Assembly: GCF_009914755.1 (NCBI RefSeq) | Contig: NC_060925.1 | Length of the DNA stretch: 64,000 bases | Reading direction: 5' to 3' (one strand) | DNA from: the human T2T-CHM13v2.0 reference genome, Homo sapiens | Part shown: positions 42,520 through 56,359 of the stretch, piece after piece | Layout of the letters: each line of letters starts with the position of its first letter | Numbering within the stretch: the stretch's first letter is position 1 | Program-made: the position numbers and the translations under genes | The notes under the pieces: generated by a model | Seen by the model: only the letters and a program-made list of their open reading frames with translations | What the model was told of the DNA's origin: nothing | Database searches by the model: none

Positions 42520-42920
42520 ATCCAGAAACCACACAGTACAGTAAAAAACAGAAAAAAGAAAGCCGTTAGACCCCAGTGAATGTTATTTTTAATGAAAGTG
42601 GTGCATTTTGACTCACAATGTTGAAACCAGATTATAAATGAGTCATCAGTGAATCGACCACAAAGAGCCTTTGCGGAGGTGATTTACAGGAGAGCTCTGA
42701 TGTCTGCTGTCCCCTGCACACGCTTCACAGAGATGCTGTCAGACGCAGAGCTGGTCTGGGGCATCTGTTGCCGCGTCAGCTCAAAAGGATGCTGTGTTGT
42801 CACCAATGGGATTCCCCAGCCCAGGCGGTGTTGCGGTCCCACCCACACAAGGAAGGCGGCCATCACTGAATAATGCTTGTGGTTACATCATCATTGCTGG
42901 TTTCCAGGTAGTGACTAGCA
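42520..42920. promoter_or_regulatory. Candidate inducible enhancer/promoter (AP-1, RUNX, NF-kB)
   Basis: TGACTCA 42609-42615, TGAGTCA 42639-42645, RUNX cores 42527-42533 and 42656-42662, kB site GGGATTCCCC 42808-42817, TATAAA 42633-42638; unique sequence with retained CpGs. Confidence 0.5.
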
Positions 42921-44044
42921 GATACTGGAGAGAGACAGGCCATCTGCTCTTCCTGTGCGCCTCAGCTCCTCCCTCATACCCACATCCTCTCGCCTGGTCT
43001 TCTAGAAGCAGCCCCTATGCAGACAGACCAGCAGGACTGAAAGCTGGACAGACTCGAGCCGGAGAGCCAGGTGGAACAACCTGGCCAGAAAGAGTCTGGC
43101 CGCAAAGAGTCTGGCCACAGCCCCATTTTCCTCATCTCTAAAATGTCCACATGGCTGCCTGCCCTGCCCGGCTCAAGGGAATGTTGCAAGGCTCTCATGG
43201 AAACCATGCTTGTGAGGGTTTTGAGGACTATCATAGCCCGTCCCAAGGTCAGAGGACAGTAGAAAACAAAAAACTTGCTTTCAGAGGGTGCTTTCACCAG
43301 TCAGCAGCCTCTGCCCCGGGCAAAGCCAGACAACTAAAACGGAATGAATCCGCAGAGTAGGGTGGGGATGAAATTCTCCACCTCCAACCCAGAAAGGAAA
43401 CGCCAATGCTCATGTTTCCCCTTAGAGAAACAGGCAATGTTTGAACAGGAACAACGACGCCAGAGGGTCAATCCACACACAGAACACTCCATCTCCATGC
43501 CGATGGGGGACTGACTGTCCTGCTGCTGAACTGCACCCCTGGGGCTCTCCAGGACACTCCACTGGTGGCCACACTCAGGAAAATAAAGAAAAACCTTCAA
43601 AAGGACCCTTCTGGCCATTCAGAGAATGCACAGGCCTGCTAGCTCCTGCTTGCCTGCTCAGAGCTGCCTCCACTGGGGCAGGAATCTGCAGCCAAGAAAA
43701 TCCCTGACAACCCCAGGGACAGAAGGGTCAGTCTGGGGGACCATCGACCAACCCAGCAACCCAGATTAGACTGCTCCACCAGGAACTCTGTGTCCAGAGA
43801 GCAGGATCTGCCACAAGCAAAACTAGGCCTCATTTACTATTCCACAATAGCAACTAGAAAGCATGTGACCCAGAAAACCTTCAAAGAAGGCCAGAAATTC
43901 ATTAAATCTGAAAAGAAGGGAAGAAGGGCGGGGGAGAGGAAAACACTGCTTAGCAAAGCCAACTGAATCCCTCTTCCATACATCACAGATGCAGGACCAG
44001 TCTCAGCATTCAAGAGGAAGAGAAAAATGAAAACAAAAACCAAT

Positions 44045-44230
44045 CTGGAGTTGAATGTCAGCCTTCCCCTCACTGGTTCTGGGTCCTTTGGAAGGCCATA
44101 TTGTCCCCGGACCTCTCTTGCTTCAGTGGCCTTCCTGCCAGGATTGCCATAAGGATTAAATGGACTCATATATGTGTTGTACCTATACAGTACCTGCAAC
44201 ACAGTAAATATCCAATAAATGTTGGTTTCT
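44045..44230 (+). mobile_element. MIR
   Basis: AAGGATTAAATG...CAGTACCTGCAACACAGTAAATATCCAATAAATGTT 3' end. Confidence 0.65.
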
Positions 44231-44243
44231 TGCTACAAGAAAT

Positions 44244-45018
44244 TGTAAAATATGGGCACAAATTCCTCCTACTTTGTTAAGCACATCCCTTGGCAATGAC
44301 TTAGCTGCTACTCCCATCAAGAGTTGTGGTCTATGTCCCTACCCCTTGAATCTGGGCTAGCCTGGGACTTGCCTCAACCAGTAGAATTTAACAAAAGTTA
44401 CAGTGTGTGACTTCCAAGGCTAGCCCTTGCCGCTTCCACTTTTGCCCTCTTGGAATGTGGCCCAGAGACAACCATCTAAGGAAGCTGATCTAGGCCACTG
44501 GAAGAGGGGTGGGCAGATGGAGAAGTGATGTCCCCCAACCAGCTGCCAGTCACATGAGAGAGGCCATCTCAGATCTTCCGGCCCAGCTGAGCATTCAACT
44601 AAATGCAGTCACATTAGTGAGCCCAAGCAAAACCGGCAGAACTGTCCAGACAACTCATAAAATCAGGAAAACAATCAATTCTTGTTTTTTTTGTTTGTGT
44701 TTTGAGATGGAGTCTCTGTTGTAAGGCTGGAGTACAGTGGTGCTGTCTTGGCTCACTGCAACCTCTGCCTCCTGGGCTCAAGCGATTCTCCTGCCTCAGC
44801 CTCCTGAGTAGCTGGGACTACAGGTGCCCGCCACCACGCTCGGCTAATTTTTTATATTTTTAGTAGAGATGGGGTTTCATCATGTTGGCAAGTATGGTCT
44901 CAATCGCTTGACCTCGTGATCCACCCACCTCGGCCTCCCAAAGTGCTGGGATTGCATTGTTGTTTTAAGTCACTAAGACTTGCGATGATTTAGTATGCAG
45001 CAAATTCTTACTGAAATA
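44244..45018 (+). mobile_element. MLT1G/H-like LTR, split by an Alu
   Basis: CTCCCATCAAGAG...CCCCTTGAATCTGGGCT...GTGACTTCCAAGGCTAG...TTGTTGTTTTAAGTCACTAAG. Confidence 0.75.
44682..44955 (-). mobile_element. Alu (AluS/Sc-like), 5'-truncated
   Basis: Ends at CAAAGTGCTGGGATT. Confidence 0.9.
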
Positions 45019-45768
45019 ACTTTCTTATTTCCACCTCTAAAACATCTTCTCCCTTGGGCATTCTTGGGTTTCCCTTAGCCACACCACGTCTGGTAGATTA
45101 TTCGATGAAAAACTAAGAGTTTATGGGGACCAGGAACTATGGTTTTCACAGTCATCAAGTCATTTTTATGCCCACATGTTACGATAATTAATCAATCAAA
45201 CAATGAAGCAGCATCTGCCAACCCAGGTTCATAATTAGCAAATCTGCCTATTCTACCTTTAAAATAGATGACAAATTCAATGACTTATCTCCAATTCCAC
45301 TACAGTCTCTTACCTGGATTATTGTGTTACCCTCCTAATTGGTCTCCCCCTTCTATTTATGTCTCTCTACACGTTGCTCTTCTCCACAATGAAACCAAAA
45401 AGATTTTTGAAATATATTCACTCATGCATTCACTTCTTCAACAAAAATTTAATTTTTGGCCCAAAATACCTTCCTCTGTGGAATTTACATTCTAGTTGAC
45501 GTTTGAGAAATTAATAAGTAAGTTAATCAATAAAATATATGATGTGATACACTCAGCAAAAAATAAGGCAGGAAATGAGGAGGCATGGATAGATGGTGTT
45601 GGGAGGGATAGCAGTTGTGAATAAGGCAACCAGGGAAGGTTTCAATGAGAAGGTGACACTTAAAGACCAATGGAATGGCAAGTGTAAGCACCCTGAGACA
45701 GAACCATTCCTGGCATACTGCAGAAATAGCAAGGAGGCTAGTGTGGCTATGCAGAATAACCAAGGGAG

Positions 45769-45827
45769 GCGCGCCACTGCACTCCAGCCTGGGTGACAGA
45801 TTTAGACCCTGTCTCAATAAATAAGTA
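45769..45827 (+). mobile_element. Severely 5'-truncated Alu inside an L2 remnant
   Basis: GCGCCACTGCACTCCAGCCTGGGTGACAGA plus tail; degenerate TSD AATAA.CAA.GG. Confidence 0.85.
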
Positions 45828-46125
45828 AATAAGCAAAGGGGAGACTTAGGATGAAATGAGTTCAGAGAAGTAATAGGGAAGGGAGGTGGAGAAAGTCAGA
45901 TTACACACCACCTTGTAAACCAATGTAAAGACTTAAGCTTTTGCTCTAGTGGTATGCAGAGCCATTAAAGCATTTTCCCCAGAGGAGTTACATGATTTGA
46001 TGATGTATATTTTAATAGTACCACTCTAGATAATGTATTGAATACAGACTGAGGAATATTCTGAGATGATGCCTATGACATAACTTTTTAATGTCCCCAA
46101 ATACTAACATAAAAATAGGTAGTAC

Positions 46126-46424
46126 AGCCGGGCGTGGTGGCTCAGGCCTGTAATCCCAGCACTTTGGGGGGCCAAGGCAGATGGAATCACTTGAGATCAG
46201 GAGTTTGAGACCAGCCTGGCCAAGAAGGTGAGACTCTGTTTCTACTAAAAACACAAAAATTAGCCGGGCATGGTGGTGCATGCCTGTAATCCCAGCCACT
46301 CAGTAGGCTGAGGCAGGAGAATTGCTTGAACCTGCAAGGTCAAGGTTGCAGTGAGCTGAGATTGTGCTACTGCACTCCAGCCTGGGCAACAAAATGAGAC
46401 TCTGTCTCAAAAGAAAAAAAAAAA
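46126..46424 (+). mobile_element. Alu (AluS/J)
   Basis: Full length; TSD GGTA(G/A)TACA. Confidence 0.93.
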
Positions 46425-47021
46425 GGGTAATACAAGTATTAAAGAAGAGCAAAACCAAAAATCCATTTGCCATATTTGTCACAAAACTACCTAACAAAGT
46501 ATCCCCATGGTTTCCAAAATACAAGTGGGTGGGGTGAAACCACCAACAGATCCCAGCTCTGAGTAGAATTACCATCTGTACAAAAGGAAGCAAAGGCGGA
46601 GTCGGTGCATGTGACAGACCTGAGAATCCCCAAATACCCAAGAGGACTCAGTGGAAAGCTGAGAGTCAATTTGAGAACAAGAGCTGAAACGGGAAGGGTT
46701 TTGCCCACTCATATACTGGGTGAGTTCAAGGAGTCAGCAGTAAAGGTCTGAAAAGGCTAGAACTGTCTGAGAAAGTCCCATAAATTCTAAAAACTAACCA
46801 ACCAAAACTCCTTCTGTGACAAAGCCTCACACTGAGAAGAAACTTCTAGGAATAGGACCCAATTTGAGCAACACATGGGGCAAGAGAGACAAAAGAAAGA
46901 GACAAAGGAAAGGGTAAAAAGGGGGTAAGAGGAACACAGAGCCTAGAGACCTCAAAAAGTGAGCCACCACATTCCTAAACACTGTGAAAACAACAGAAGA
47001 GAGAACTTTAGAGCAGTGAGG

Positions 47022-47024
<3 letters not shown>

Positions 47025-47060
<36 letters not shown>
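47025..47060 (+). repeat. Pure poly(A)36
   Basis: Read directly; not preceded by an Alu. Confidence 0.95.
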
Positions 47061-47061
<1 letters not shown>

Positions 47062-47135
47062 CCAAGTAGCTCTGTATCTTCTAGAGATTCACAGAAACTA
47101 GTTTATATTAAAATTTTCAATAGAAAACTATTAAA

Positions 47136-47424
47136 GGCCAGGCACGGTGGCTCACACCTGTAATCCCAGCACTTTGGGAGGCCAAGGCGGGTGAATCATT
47201 TGAGGTCAGGAGTTCAACATCAGCCTGGCCAACATGGTGAAACTTCATCTCTACTAAAAATAAAAAAATTAGCTGGGTGTGATGGTGTGTGCCTGTAATT
47301 CCAGCTACTCAGGAGGCTGAGGCAGGAGAATTGCTTGAAACTGGGAGCTGGAGATTAAAATGAGCTGAGATCATGCCACTGCACTCCAGCCTGGGCAACA
47401 GAGCAAGACTTTGTCTCAAAAGAA
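47136..47424 (+). mobile_element. Alu (AluS)
   Basis: TSD AGAAAACTATTAAAG. Confidence 0.95.
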
Positions 47425-48139
47425 AGAAAACTATTAAAGTCAAATAATATATAGTTATTTAGGAAAAAAAGATAAAAGTTACAGAATCACATCCCCACAG
47501 CCATAAAACAGATCATAAAGACATGCCTACAAAATGAATGAAATCCACAGCTTATTTCAAAACAAGCTAAAAGATCAACATAAATTAGAGCAAGAAAAAC
47601 TCAGAAGTAAAATGATAAAATTCAGGGAAGTATTAGGAATTTTTTAAATCACATTAGAAATTATTTTTAAATTAAAAAGAAGGCAAGAGGGCATAAATCC
47701 AGTGGATAATTCCTTAAGAGAAATAGAAAGTATAAAGTAAAAAAAAAAGTTATATTAAAATAAATGAAGAAAGAATCAAGAGGGATTTGAGAGAAATTAA
47801 CAAATACAGAAGACAGACAAAGAAGATTCAACATTTGTGTAAAAGGAATCCCCAAAAGAGAAAACCAAAGTGAGGAAAAGAACACAAACTAAAAACTACA
47901 ATGGAGTGGGAGAATTTTTCTGAAATTAGTTTCTAAAGATTTGAGACTACATAAAGTCAGAATCACCCCAATACAAGCAACACCAAAATACATTCTAATA
48001 ACATTTTTAGACTTTAAAGAAAAATATAAAATCCCTTGGACATCCAGGAACGAAGAGCACACTGCTTAGAAGGGAGAGAAAGTCAGGTCATCCTCGAACT
48101 TCTCAACAGCCACACTTTGTGCCAGGAGAACAGATGGAA

Positions 48140-48870
48140 AGAGGGTGAGGATGGAAGCAGGGAGAACTGATAGGAGGCAGAGCCAACTGGACTTTCTGGT
48201 CGATCAAACACGGGATGTCAGAATACCTGAGCAGCTAGGATGAAGTTTCCATTGATGCTATTGGGTAGACTGTGGGAGGCAGTGGTTTGGGAGCCAAGAA
48301 TAAGCTAGTAGTTTGTGCATACTATGTTTTAAATGTCTACTAATAATCCATATGGAGAGCTGAGTAAGCAGCTATACAAAGCATCTGGCATTTGAAGCTG
48401 AGGTCTGGGTTAGAAATATATATTTGGAAAAGATCAGCATATGGAACCTGGGTAAAATCAATGAGGGAGTGAGTGAGGAGAATACACCCCTATTCAAAAC
48501 TTCACATTGGCTTTTAACAAAATACAAATCTTTTATCTTGACCAATAAAGCCTTACATGTGGCTCCCTCTCACACCTCATCTCCTGTCACTCTCCACCTC
48601 ACTCCAGGAGCTCTAGGCACATAGGCCACCTTGCTATCTCTGAGTAACTTCACTTCCATCTCAGAGTGTTTACATTTGCTCTTCCCTATGACCAGGACAT
48701 GTTCCCTCAGATGTTTGCATGCCTGCATGCTGACATCGTTCAACTCTCTGCATAAATGTCAGCTCCTCAGAGAAGTCTTCTGGTACCCTATCCAAAATAT
48801 CTGCCCCCAATCCCAAACCCACCGCTGTCACTCTCTAACCCCTTAATCTGCTTTATTTTTCCATTATTCA
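48140..48870. mobile_element. Two back-to-back L2 fragments (minus ~48140-48480, plus ~48490-48870)
   Basis: Purine-rich antisense L2 motifs, then pyrimidine-rich sense motifs (TTTGCTCTTCCCT, AAATGTCAGCTCCTCAGAGAAGTCTTC, CTGCTTTATTTTTC). Confidence 0.5.
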
Positions 48871-48879
48871 CAGGTTCCT

Positions 48880-49430
48880 TTTTCAGTTTCTATTGCTGCA
48901 AAACAAATTACCCCAAAACTTAATGGCTTATCACAGCCATTTTACCAGGCACATGGATTCTGTGGGTCAGGAATTTGGACAAGGTGCAGAAAGAATGCCT
49001 TGTCTCTGCTCTACAATGTCTGGGGCCTCAACAGGGAAGGCTCAAAGGCTGGGGTGACTCGGCAGCTAGGGTTTGGAATCATCCGAGTGCTTGTTCACTC
49101 CTGTGTCTGGCATCAGAGCTCAGCTGACTCAAAGACTGGGAATGCTGGCCAGAGATCTCCATGTGGCCTCCCAGTGTGGCTTGGCTTCCTGACAGCATGG
49201 CTGCCTCAGGGCAATCAAACTTCTTACTTGGTTACAGAGACCCAAGAGCAAGTGCCCCAGCAAACATGGAGGAATCTGCATTGCCTTTCAAGACCCAGCT
49301 TCAGGAGCCATACAGCGTCACTTCCCCAGCAATTTACAGGTCAAAGTAGTCTCAAGCCTGGCAAAAGGATGAACACAGGCGCCATGTCTCAACAGAAAAA
49401 GAATCAAAGAATGTCGAGGCTCTGTCCCAC
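48880..49430 (-). mobile_element. MLT1G/H-like LTR
   Basis: TATTGCTGCAAAACAAATTACCCCAAAACTTAATGGCTTA...TCTGTGGGTCAGGAATTTGG...GTGGCTTGGCTTCCTGACAGCATGGCTG. Confidence 0.8.
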
Positions 49431-51135
49431 CATACTGCCTGAGAAAAGGTTGAGCTCTTCTTCCCAAGCATGCTACTAGATGCCTGTGGAAAGAATGAAT
49501 TGTCTTCTTAATATTTGTCTGTTGACCTATGATTGTCTTGCTCTCACTCTCTCCCCTTACCCTGGAGACAGGACTCTGAGCTCCCAGCTGCTCTAGTATA
49601 TATCAAGTCTTGATATAAGATCTTGACTCCACAAAATGGAGAACACAGTGGTTCTCTCTTTACAGCAGGGCTCCTAAATCTGTCAACAGCCCCCTCCTCC
49701 ATAATGAATGGTCCATGTCCATTTTACAATCTGGTCCCTTAATTCCCTGTAACTTCTTGTCGGGACTTCTTAAAAGGGTGAAATACTTTTCTGAATATTG
49801 GAAAAACCCACAAAAACACAACAGAAGAATTAAACAAGTTCACAGAAGCTGGTTCACAATGCCATTTGATTAAAAATAATTGAACAAGGAAAATTAATTC
49901 CAGGCAGAACTGAGTAGTTATTTTCCTAAATTGGAGAAAATGCTTCTCTTTCCACCATCAAAGCCCCTAAAAATGCCACCAAGAGTGTTGAATAACATTA
50001 ACTTGAGATGGGAAACCACATGACTTTACGCCCACACACTCGCCCTTTGGCCTGGGCATGCTTGATTCAAGAGAAGAGTTACATGTGCCTGAGCACCTCC
50101 CATCAAGTTTTAGAAGCTTTGCATTGCACTGACCAAGAGTTTCTCTTGGATTATAGCTAAGGCTGGGCATAGGCTTGTGTGCAATCATGGGACAGAAAGA
50201 GGGAGAGACTGCATCCAAAGGGAGATCAAATGAAGCAAAACAAAGACAGGGAAGGACCAGACCCAAACCCAGATCCCACCGGCAAGCTAGAACATGGCTT
50301 GGGTTGTCTGGAAGCAGTCCCCAGACAGAAACCTCAGTGTGGTGAATCAGTTTCCTTGGGCATCAAGGGGATAAAGAATTTGCTGTAGAGACAGAACGTA
50401 TTTATTCAAGGAATGGCTGTGAGAATTGGGCATGAGCAGCTGTGGGTGGAAAGAGGATGGAGTATGTGGCAAGGAAAAGCCACCATGAATCCCCAGTCTA
50501 GACACTAATCCCATCACCAGGGAGAAGCAAACTATCTAGAAGAAAGGGCATGTTTGGGAGAACAGGGCCAGTTGAGCATAGCTCTGAAATGACTGGTTGT
50601 GAGACCCGAGTCAGGTATTGCAAGACAAATCTTTTAAAATCACAGAGAGGAGAAAATAGACGTAATTGAAGAAGACAAATGGTAGTCTACACACAAATCT
50701 TCTTTTCTGTCCTGTAAATCAAATTCCACTATAAACAATGCCATAAGAAAATATCTACTCCTCTAAACAGCAAAGATTTCCAAGTACAAAAAAGAAGGCC
50801 CACTTACATCAGCAATGCAATTACATCACAGCATGAAAGCAATGTTCAGAGAATCTTGTATTATTCAGGACGATCATCCATTATCGTGAGACTGATGGCA
50901 TGCATCCCCACGCCTGGGCAAGGGAGAAAAGAAGATTGATCAGCAATGTCCTGCAGTATTCACTTTGAAAGGATGACACTTTTCCTGTTTTGTCACACAC
51001 CCTGCTTCTTAAAGGTAGGTCCCAATTCTCTTGCGACCAGCCCTACAAATGCCTAGCAATTGCAAGGATACTTTGGGCTGCAGCAATTATTTGCAGGGAT
51101 GAAGCTCTGGCCCACTCTCCCTTTAAGTGTTTTCA

Positions 51136-51762
<627 letters not shown>

Positions 51763-54700
51763 TTAAAAGTGTTTTCGTACTGAAGAAACAACAGCAGCTC
51801 ATATTTGTATCCCATTTTCATGCTTGGGAGGCATTTTTACCTACATGATCTCAGTCAATTCTCCCAAAAACCATGTGAGGTCAGGATAGCCCAGCCTAGT
51901 GTGACTCACACAGGTGCACACACTTAGCTAGAGCTCTCTGTCTCTCCTTGGGGAAGGGGAGGCACTTGGAAGGAATGAAAACACTGTCCCTCCCTGACCT
52001 TGCTGTGGACTAGGCCCTCTTTGTCCTCCAGGAAGACAAACAAGTCTTTGTGGATCTAAGGGCATAGGGGCCAGTTTAGTGGGAGCAGGGCTTTTGTGGA
52101 AAGGGGGTCCAGTCTGAAGAAGGAGTGAACTCAGATGTGTTAAAGGGACTCAGTCACCAGGTCTGGGAACCTATAGGTGGTTGGGGGCCCCTAAGTTCTG
52201 GAGGCAGTGCCAGGTGACAAGGAGCAATGCCCAGGAGTTGAGTGCCCGAAGGGTGGATGGGACGAGAGTGCCACATCTTGCACGGAAAGGGAAGCCTGCT
52301 TGCAGGGGCAAGGGTTGCCCCCAGTTGGAACTCCTCCAGGGCTGTGATGTGAGGTCTCACTGGCTGGCTTTTCTGTTCCCCGTGGAGCAGGACCATCAGT
52401 GTCTCCCCACAAGTACGATCAATATCCTGCCAGTGCTTTGAGTACCCCCAATAACATCAATGCAAATCGCTCAGCCACCCCACAGCATCCGAGACACTTG
52501 GAAGTCTCATTAGAACCCTGGACACCCAGCAAGGATGGGAGCAAGAGCTCCCATTCCTGTTCTTTGGGGCCAGATGGGCACCCTTTAGGTCACCCCAAAC
52601 CAAAGACAGATGGGAGTGGACGCTTCTTTTTCATTGGCATTATTACTGTTATTATTGTTATTACTCCATCTTCACTGAAAAGTTGTTAAGGTGGAAAGAA
52701 GTTAAAGCCAGGATCTTATAGCCAGTGGATGACACCAGCCCTTTGATTCTCAGGCCCTGATTGCTTTATTATACCAGGCTCCTGCCCCAAAGGTAAACTA
52801 TGCCAATGACTTGGGCCTCTGTTTGTTCACTTTAAAAATGTAAGGAGTAGAGGGAGGTCCTACACTCTCTCCGTCCCCCGCTATCCTGGACCCATGATTC
52901 TCCAGCCCTGGGGTCCTGACTTGGAGGCGGGCGGCAGGCATACTCCATGTCTCCTGCAGAATGAGCACGGGCCCTCTGAATACCTTCTCCTCCTCAGAAC
53001 AGCACTTTCTTCGTCCCTGTTAGGAGCCTGCTTTATAAGGTGAGAGACTTTCTTTTCATAATGAAGCCCTTTTTAATTCTGAAAAAAAGTAAAAACCTTT
53101 GCTTGGAAGGAGTCCCGGACAGACCCAGCTTACACCAAGCTCCTTGGAAGCTGATAGCATTTCCACGCAGCCCCAGGTGCAGTCACTACGACGTGCTTGG
53201 GAGGAGAAGGACGATTTTGTGACCAGACAGAAGAGCTCTCTTCAGTACTATGCCTGTGAAGCAGCAGCTGTTCTGTGTTCCTCTGTCCAGGAAACGAGAG
53301 ATCAACTCAGAGAAAATTCAGAGAAAAGCAACAAAGATGATTAATGAGCTAGAAAAGCAAGTGACAGCCTTGCGGGGGAATACATTGGCAGAGCTGGATG
53401 GATATCACACACCAGATCCGTGCGTGTGAGCAGGAGCTGGCCACAGAGAGAGAGAGGAACTGTTTGGTTAGGGCCCAGGCAGTATCCATACTATAGAAGT
53501 AACGGGAATGAAATGGAGAGGAAAGGAAGATGTCAGCTGAAAATCAGAAACAAGTTCCTCACCAAGACACTCCCCTCTCACGACAAGGATGGAAAGCATG
53601 TTGCTTTAGCTGTTATCATGGAAGGCCCAGAAAAGGCCTTGGGAGAATCCAGTTTCAGGAAAGTGTGGAAAAATACCAGAGAGCTGTGGAGAGCCCATGG
53701 GGATCCTACAGAACAGCCTCTAGACGTCGACAGCCCTGTCATGAATTAGAATCTTTGGACAAGGTGGCAAGCCAACCAGATCCTACAGCAGCCGACAAGC
53801 GACCAAGGCTACACAGCCTTGCCTGGGACAGCTTCACGTGGTCACTGTGATTTAGATGATAATAAATAGCCCTCCCCGGCAGCCATGCAGACCTTGGGAA
53901 TAAGTCTTCTTTTCTTGGTCCATTGAAGTCACTGGAACCCATCAGCAAAGTTTCATCCCCATTTGTAAATCACTGCCTTAGTCATGCAACGTAGCTCTTA
54001 AACAACTGAGGGTGTTTGTTTTTCATTCTCGTAGGCTACAAAGCGTAGATGCTAATACTGGCCGGAAAGCAGCCTTTGTTCCTATAGTTCCTGCACACTC
54101 CATCTCCCAGCTTTACTTTTCTGCTAAGGTACCGGGCCCATAGAGCTCTTTGATTGCATGTCATTACAGTACAAAATAAACAGGAGAGGTAGCCCTGGGG
54201 GCTGCCACCAGGGCAGGAGGCTGCTGTTAAATCTGGAAAACTGACTCCTGGCCATCCCTGGTCCGGATGCAGGTTATTTTTGCAGCAGCCTCTGACCCCA
54301 GACACCCTGTGGTCTCCTCTTACACATCCTCCCCATGCACTGCTTCCACCTGTTGGCTTTTGTCACCATCAGCCCCAAAGTGTCTGCACTGCCCAGACCC
54401 CACACTCATCTGAGTCCTTTCCCACACTTCCTCCCCGCCGTCTTGCTTGCTTCTGAAAGTCAGCAGGCACCACGAGGAAGGGGATTTCTCTGTCAGCCTA
54501 CATGAAACTTTCACGGTGGACAGATTTCTTCAATCCAGAAAAGCCTTCGGGGGAGGGGTGGGAGGGCTCCAGTCAGAAATCCTAGAGGGTTGGCCCCGTG
54601 GAGAGAGGCTTCCACACGCCCTGCCTGCTGCTGCGGGTAGGATGCTTGGTGAGGGTTCATGGTGGCCAAAGCTATAGGACTCCTCACTCAAACCCCTCAG

Positions 54701-55206
54701 CCTGACCCTACAGAAATGTGCTCTGCCTTGGAGAAGCCAATTAACCTCTCTGGAGGTCATTCCTTCATACCATATCACAGTGACCACAATTCTAATGCAG
54801 AGGCAGAAGACTCAACTAATTCTGCATGAAGAGAATGTGCTCATATAATTCAAATTTCCTATATTCAAGGTTTCTCCAGTAGACATGAGTATTCTAATCG
54901 GAGCACGGTATTGCACAAATGATCAAGCTCAAGGGCACAGAGTATTAGAGAAATTTGCCCAACCTCACAGACTGTGTCACGCAGCAGGGTCAAGTTTCAA
55001 ACCCAATCAATCCTGTCTTATGCCAAAGCCCTTGATTTTTCAGTTATGTCCACTGTTCTGCAGTGAGTCCAACAAAATATTTGTTTCCAGTGGTTAGACT
55101 GAACTCTCTGAGACCCCGTGGTCATGTGAAGATAGCTGTGTTCATCAGAGCGCTTGGTGACTAGTAGCTTAGGAAAAAAAATAACAAATTGGAAGATTGG
55201 GAACAA

Positions 55207-55498
55207 TAGCTCATGCCTGTAATTCCAACATTTTGGGAGGACTAGGCAGGAGGATCGCTTGAGGCCAGGAGTTTGAGACCAGCCTGGACAGCATAGAGAG
55301 ACCCTGTCTCCACAAAAAATAAAAAAATTAAAAAAAAATTCGCCAGGAGTGGTGGCATGCCTGTAGTCCTAGTAACTAGGGAGGCTGAGGCAGGAGGACC
55401 ACTTGAGCTCTGGAGTTTGAGGTTATGGGGAGCTATGATTGTGCCAATGCACTCCAGCCTGTGAAACAGAAAAAGACCTTGTCTCTGAAATAAAAATA
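55207..55498 (+). mobile_element. Alu (AluJ-like), within an MLT1K-like remnant (to ~55870)
   Basis: GGAGGATCGCTTGAGGCCAGGAG...; the flanking LTR remnant is called with lower confidence. Confidence 0.88.
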
Positions 55499-56359
55499 AC
55501 AAACTGCCCCAGTGCTGAGAAGGTCTGGGAATAGATTTTAAGCATGGCTGGGCCCACAGCTCAGACAATGTTCTGAAGTGCCTGTCTCTGCTTTTGTTAT
55601 TTGGTGTTATTCTTAAGCAAGTTTTCCCCTCCCAGGGAAGGAAAACAGCTGGCAGTGACCCCAGACTCACATCCTCACTGAGCAGCCCAGAGAACAGCAG
55701 CTCTAGGAAAAGCACTGGGATTGGGTCTCACTGAGCCAGTTTGTGTCATCAGCTGGGATTGGGTTTCATTGAGCCAGTTTGTGTCTTTAGCCTCATTGTT
55801 TAGCTGGTCACTGCATTTAGGAGGTTGAAATATGCTGAGCGACCAGGTCTGGACACGAAGGCCACCCTTTGAGTATTAAGGAGGAAAAATCCACTGAAAG
55901 ACCTAGTGGTGAGGAGGAGTGAGAAGAAAGGAGAAGGGCAGGAGGCCTGTGGGAAGGGGCGTCACTGGGGAGAGCCTCAGGGGACAGATGACAGGACTCA
56001 CAACAGAGTGATGCTCAGCCTGCTCCACGGCCATCTGCAACCTGCTCTGAGGATGGGGACCCAGTGACAGTGAACCGTGAAGGAGAGACAAATCTGCCTC
56101 TCACCCCAATCACAAGAGCTGCCTGCTCTGGCCAGATCCTGAGCATGGGCAGCAGAGCCTGTCTGAGGTCCTCCGCTTCTTGCGGAGCTTCTGTCCTCAC
56201 TCTGGAGGAACAGTGAGGATGGAGCCTCTACCCTAGCCAGGAAGAAGAAAACAGCTCCAGAAGCTGAGGAGACCACAGGGCCTCTCTCATAAGAACAAGG
56301 ATGGCCATCTATGACACAACATATGGCCCACAGTGTTCACTAAAAAATTGCTAAAAGCA

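Larger units (their letters stand above)
46480..48140 (+). mobile_element. HAL1 / old L1 ORF1-like remnant
   Basis: A-rich decayed ORF1-like sequence: AGAAGACAGACAAAGAAGATTCAACAT...GGAATCCC...CACCAAAATACATTCTA...CTTCTCAACAGCCACACT...CAGGAGAACAGATGG; left boundary uncertain. Confidence 0.55.

Noticed and set aside
43080-43117. 15-bp repeat CTGGCC..AAAGAGT x2.5, considered as CRISPR-like along with other short repeats
   Set aside because: No unique spacers, too few units, eukaryotic context; ordinary slippage duplication.
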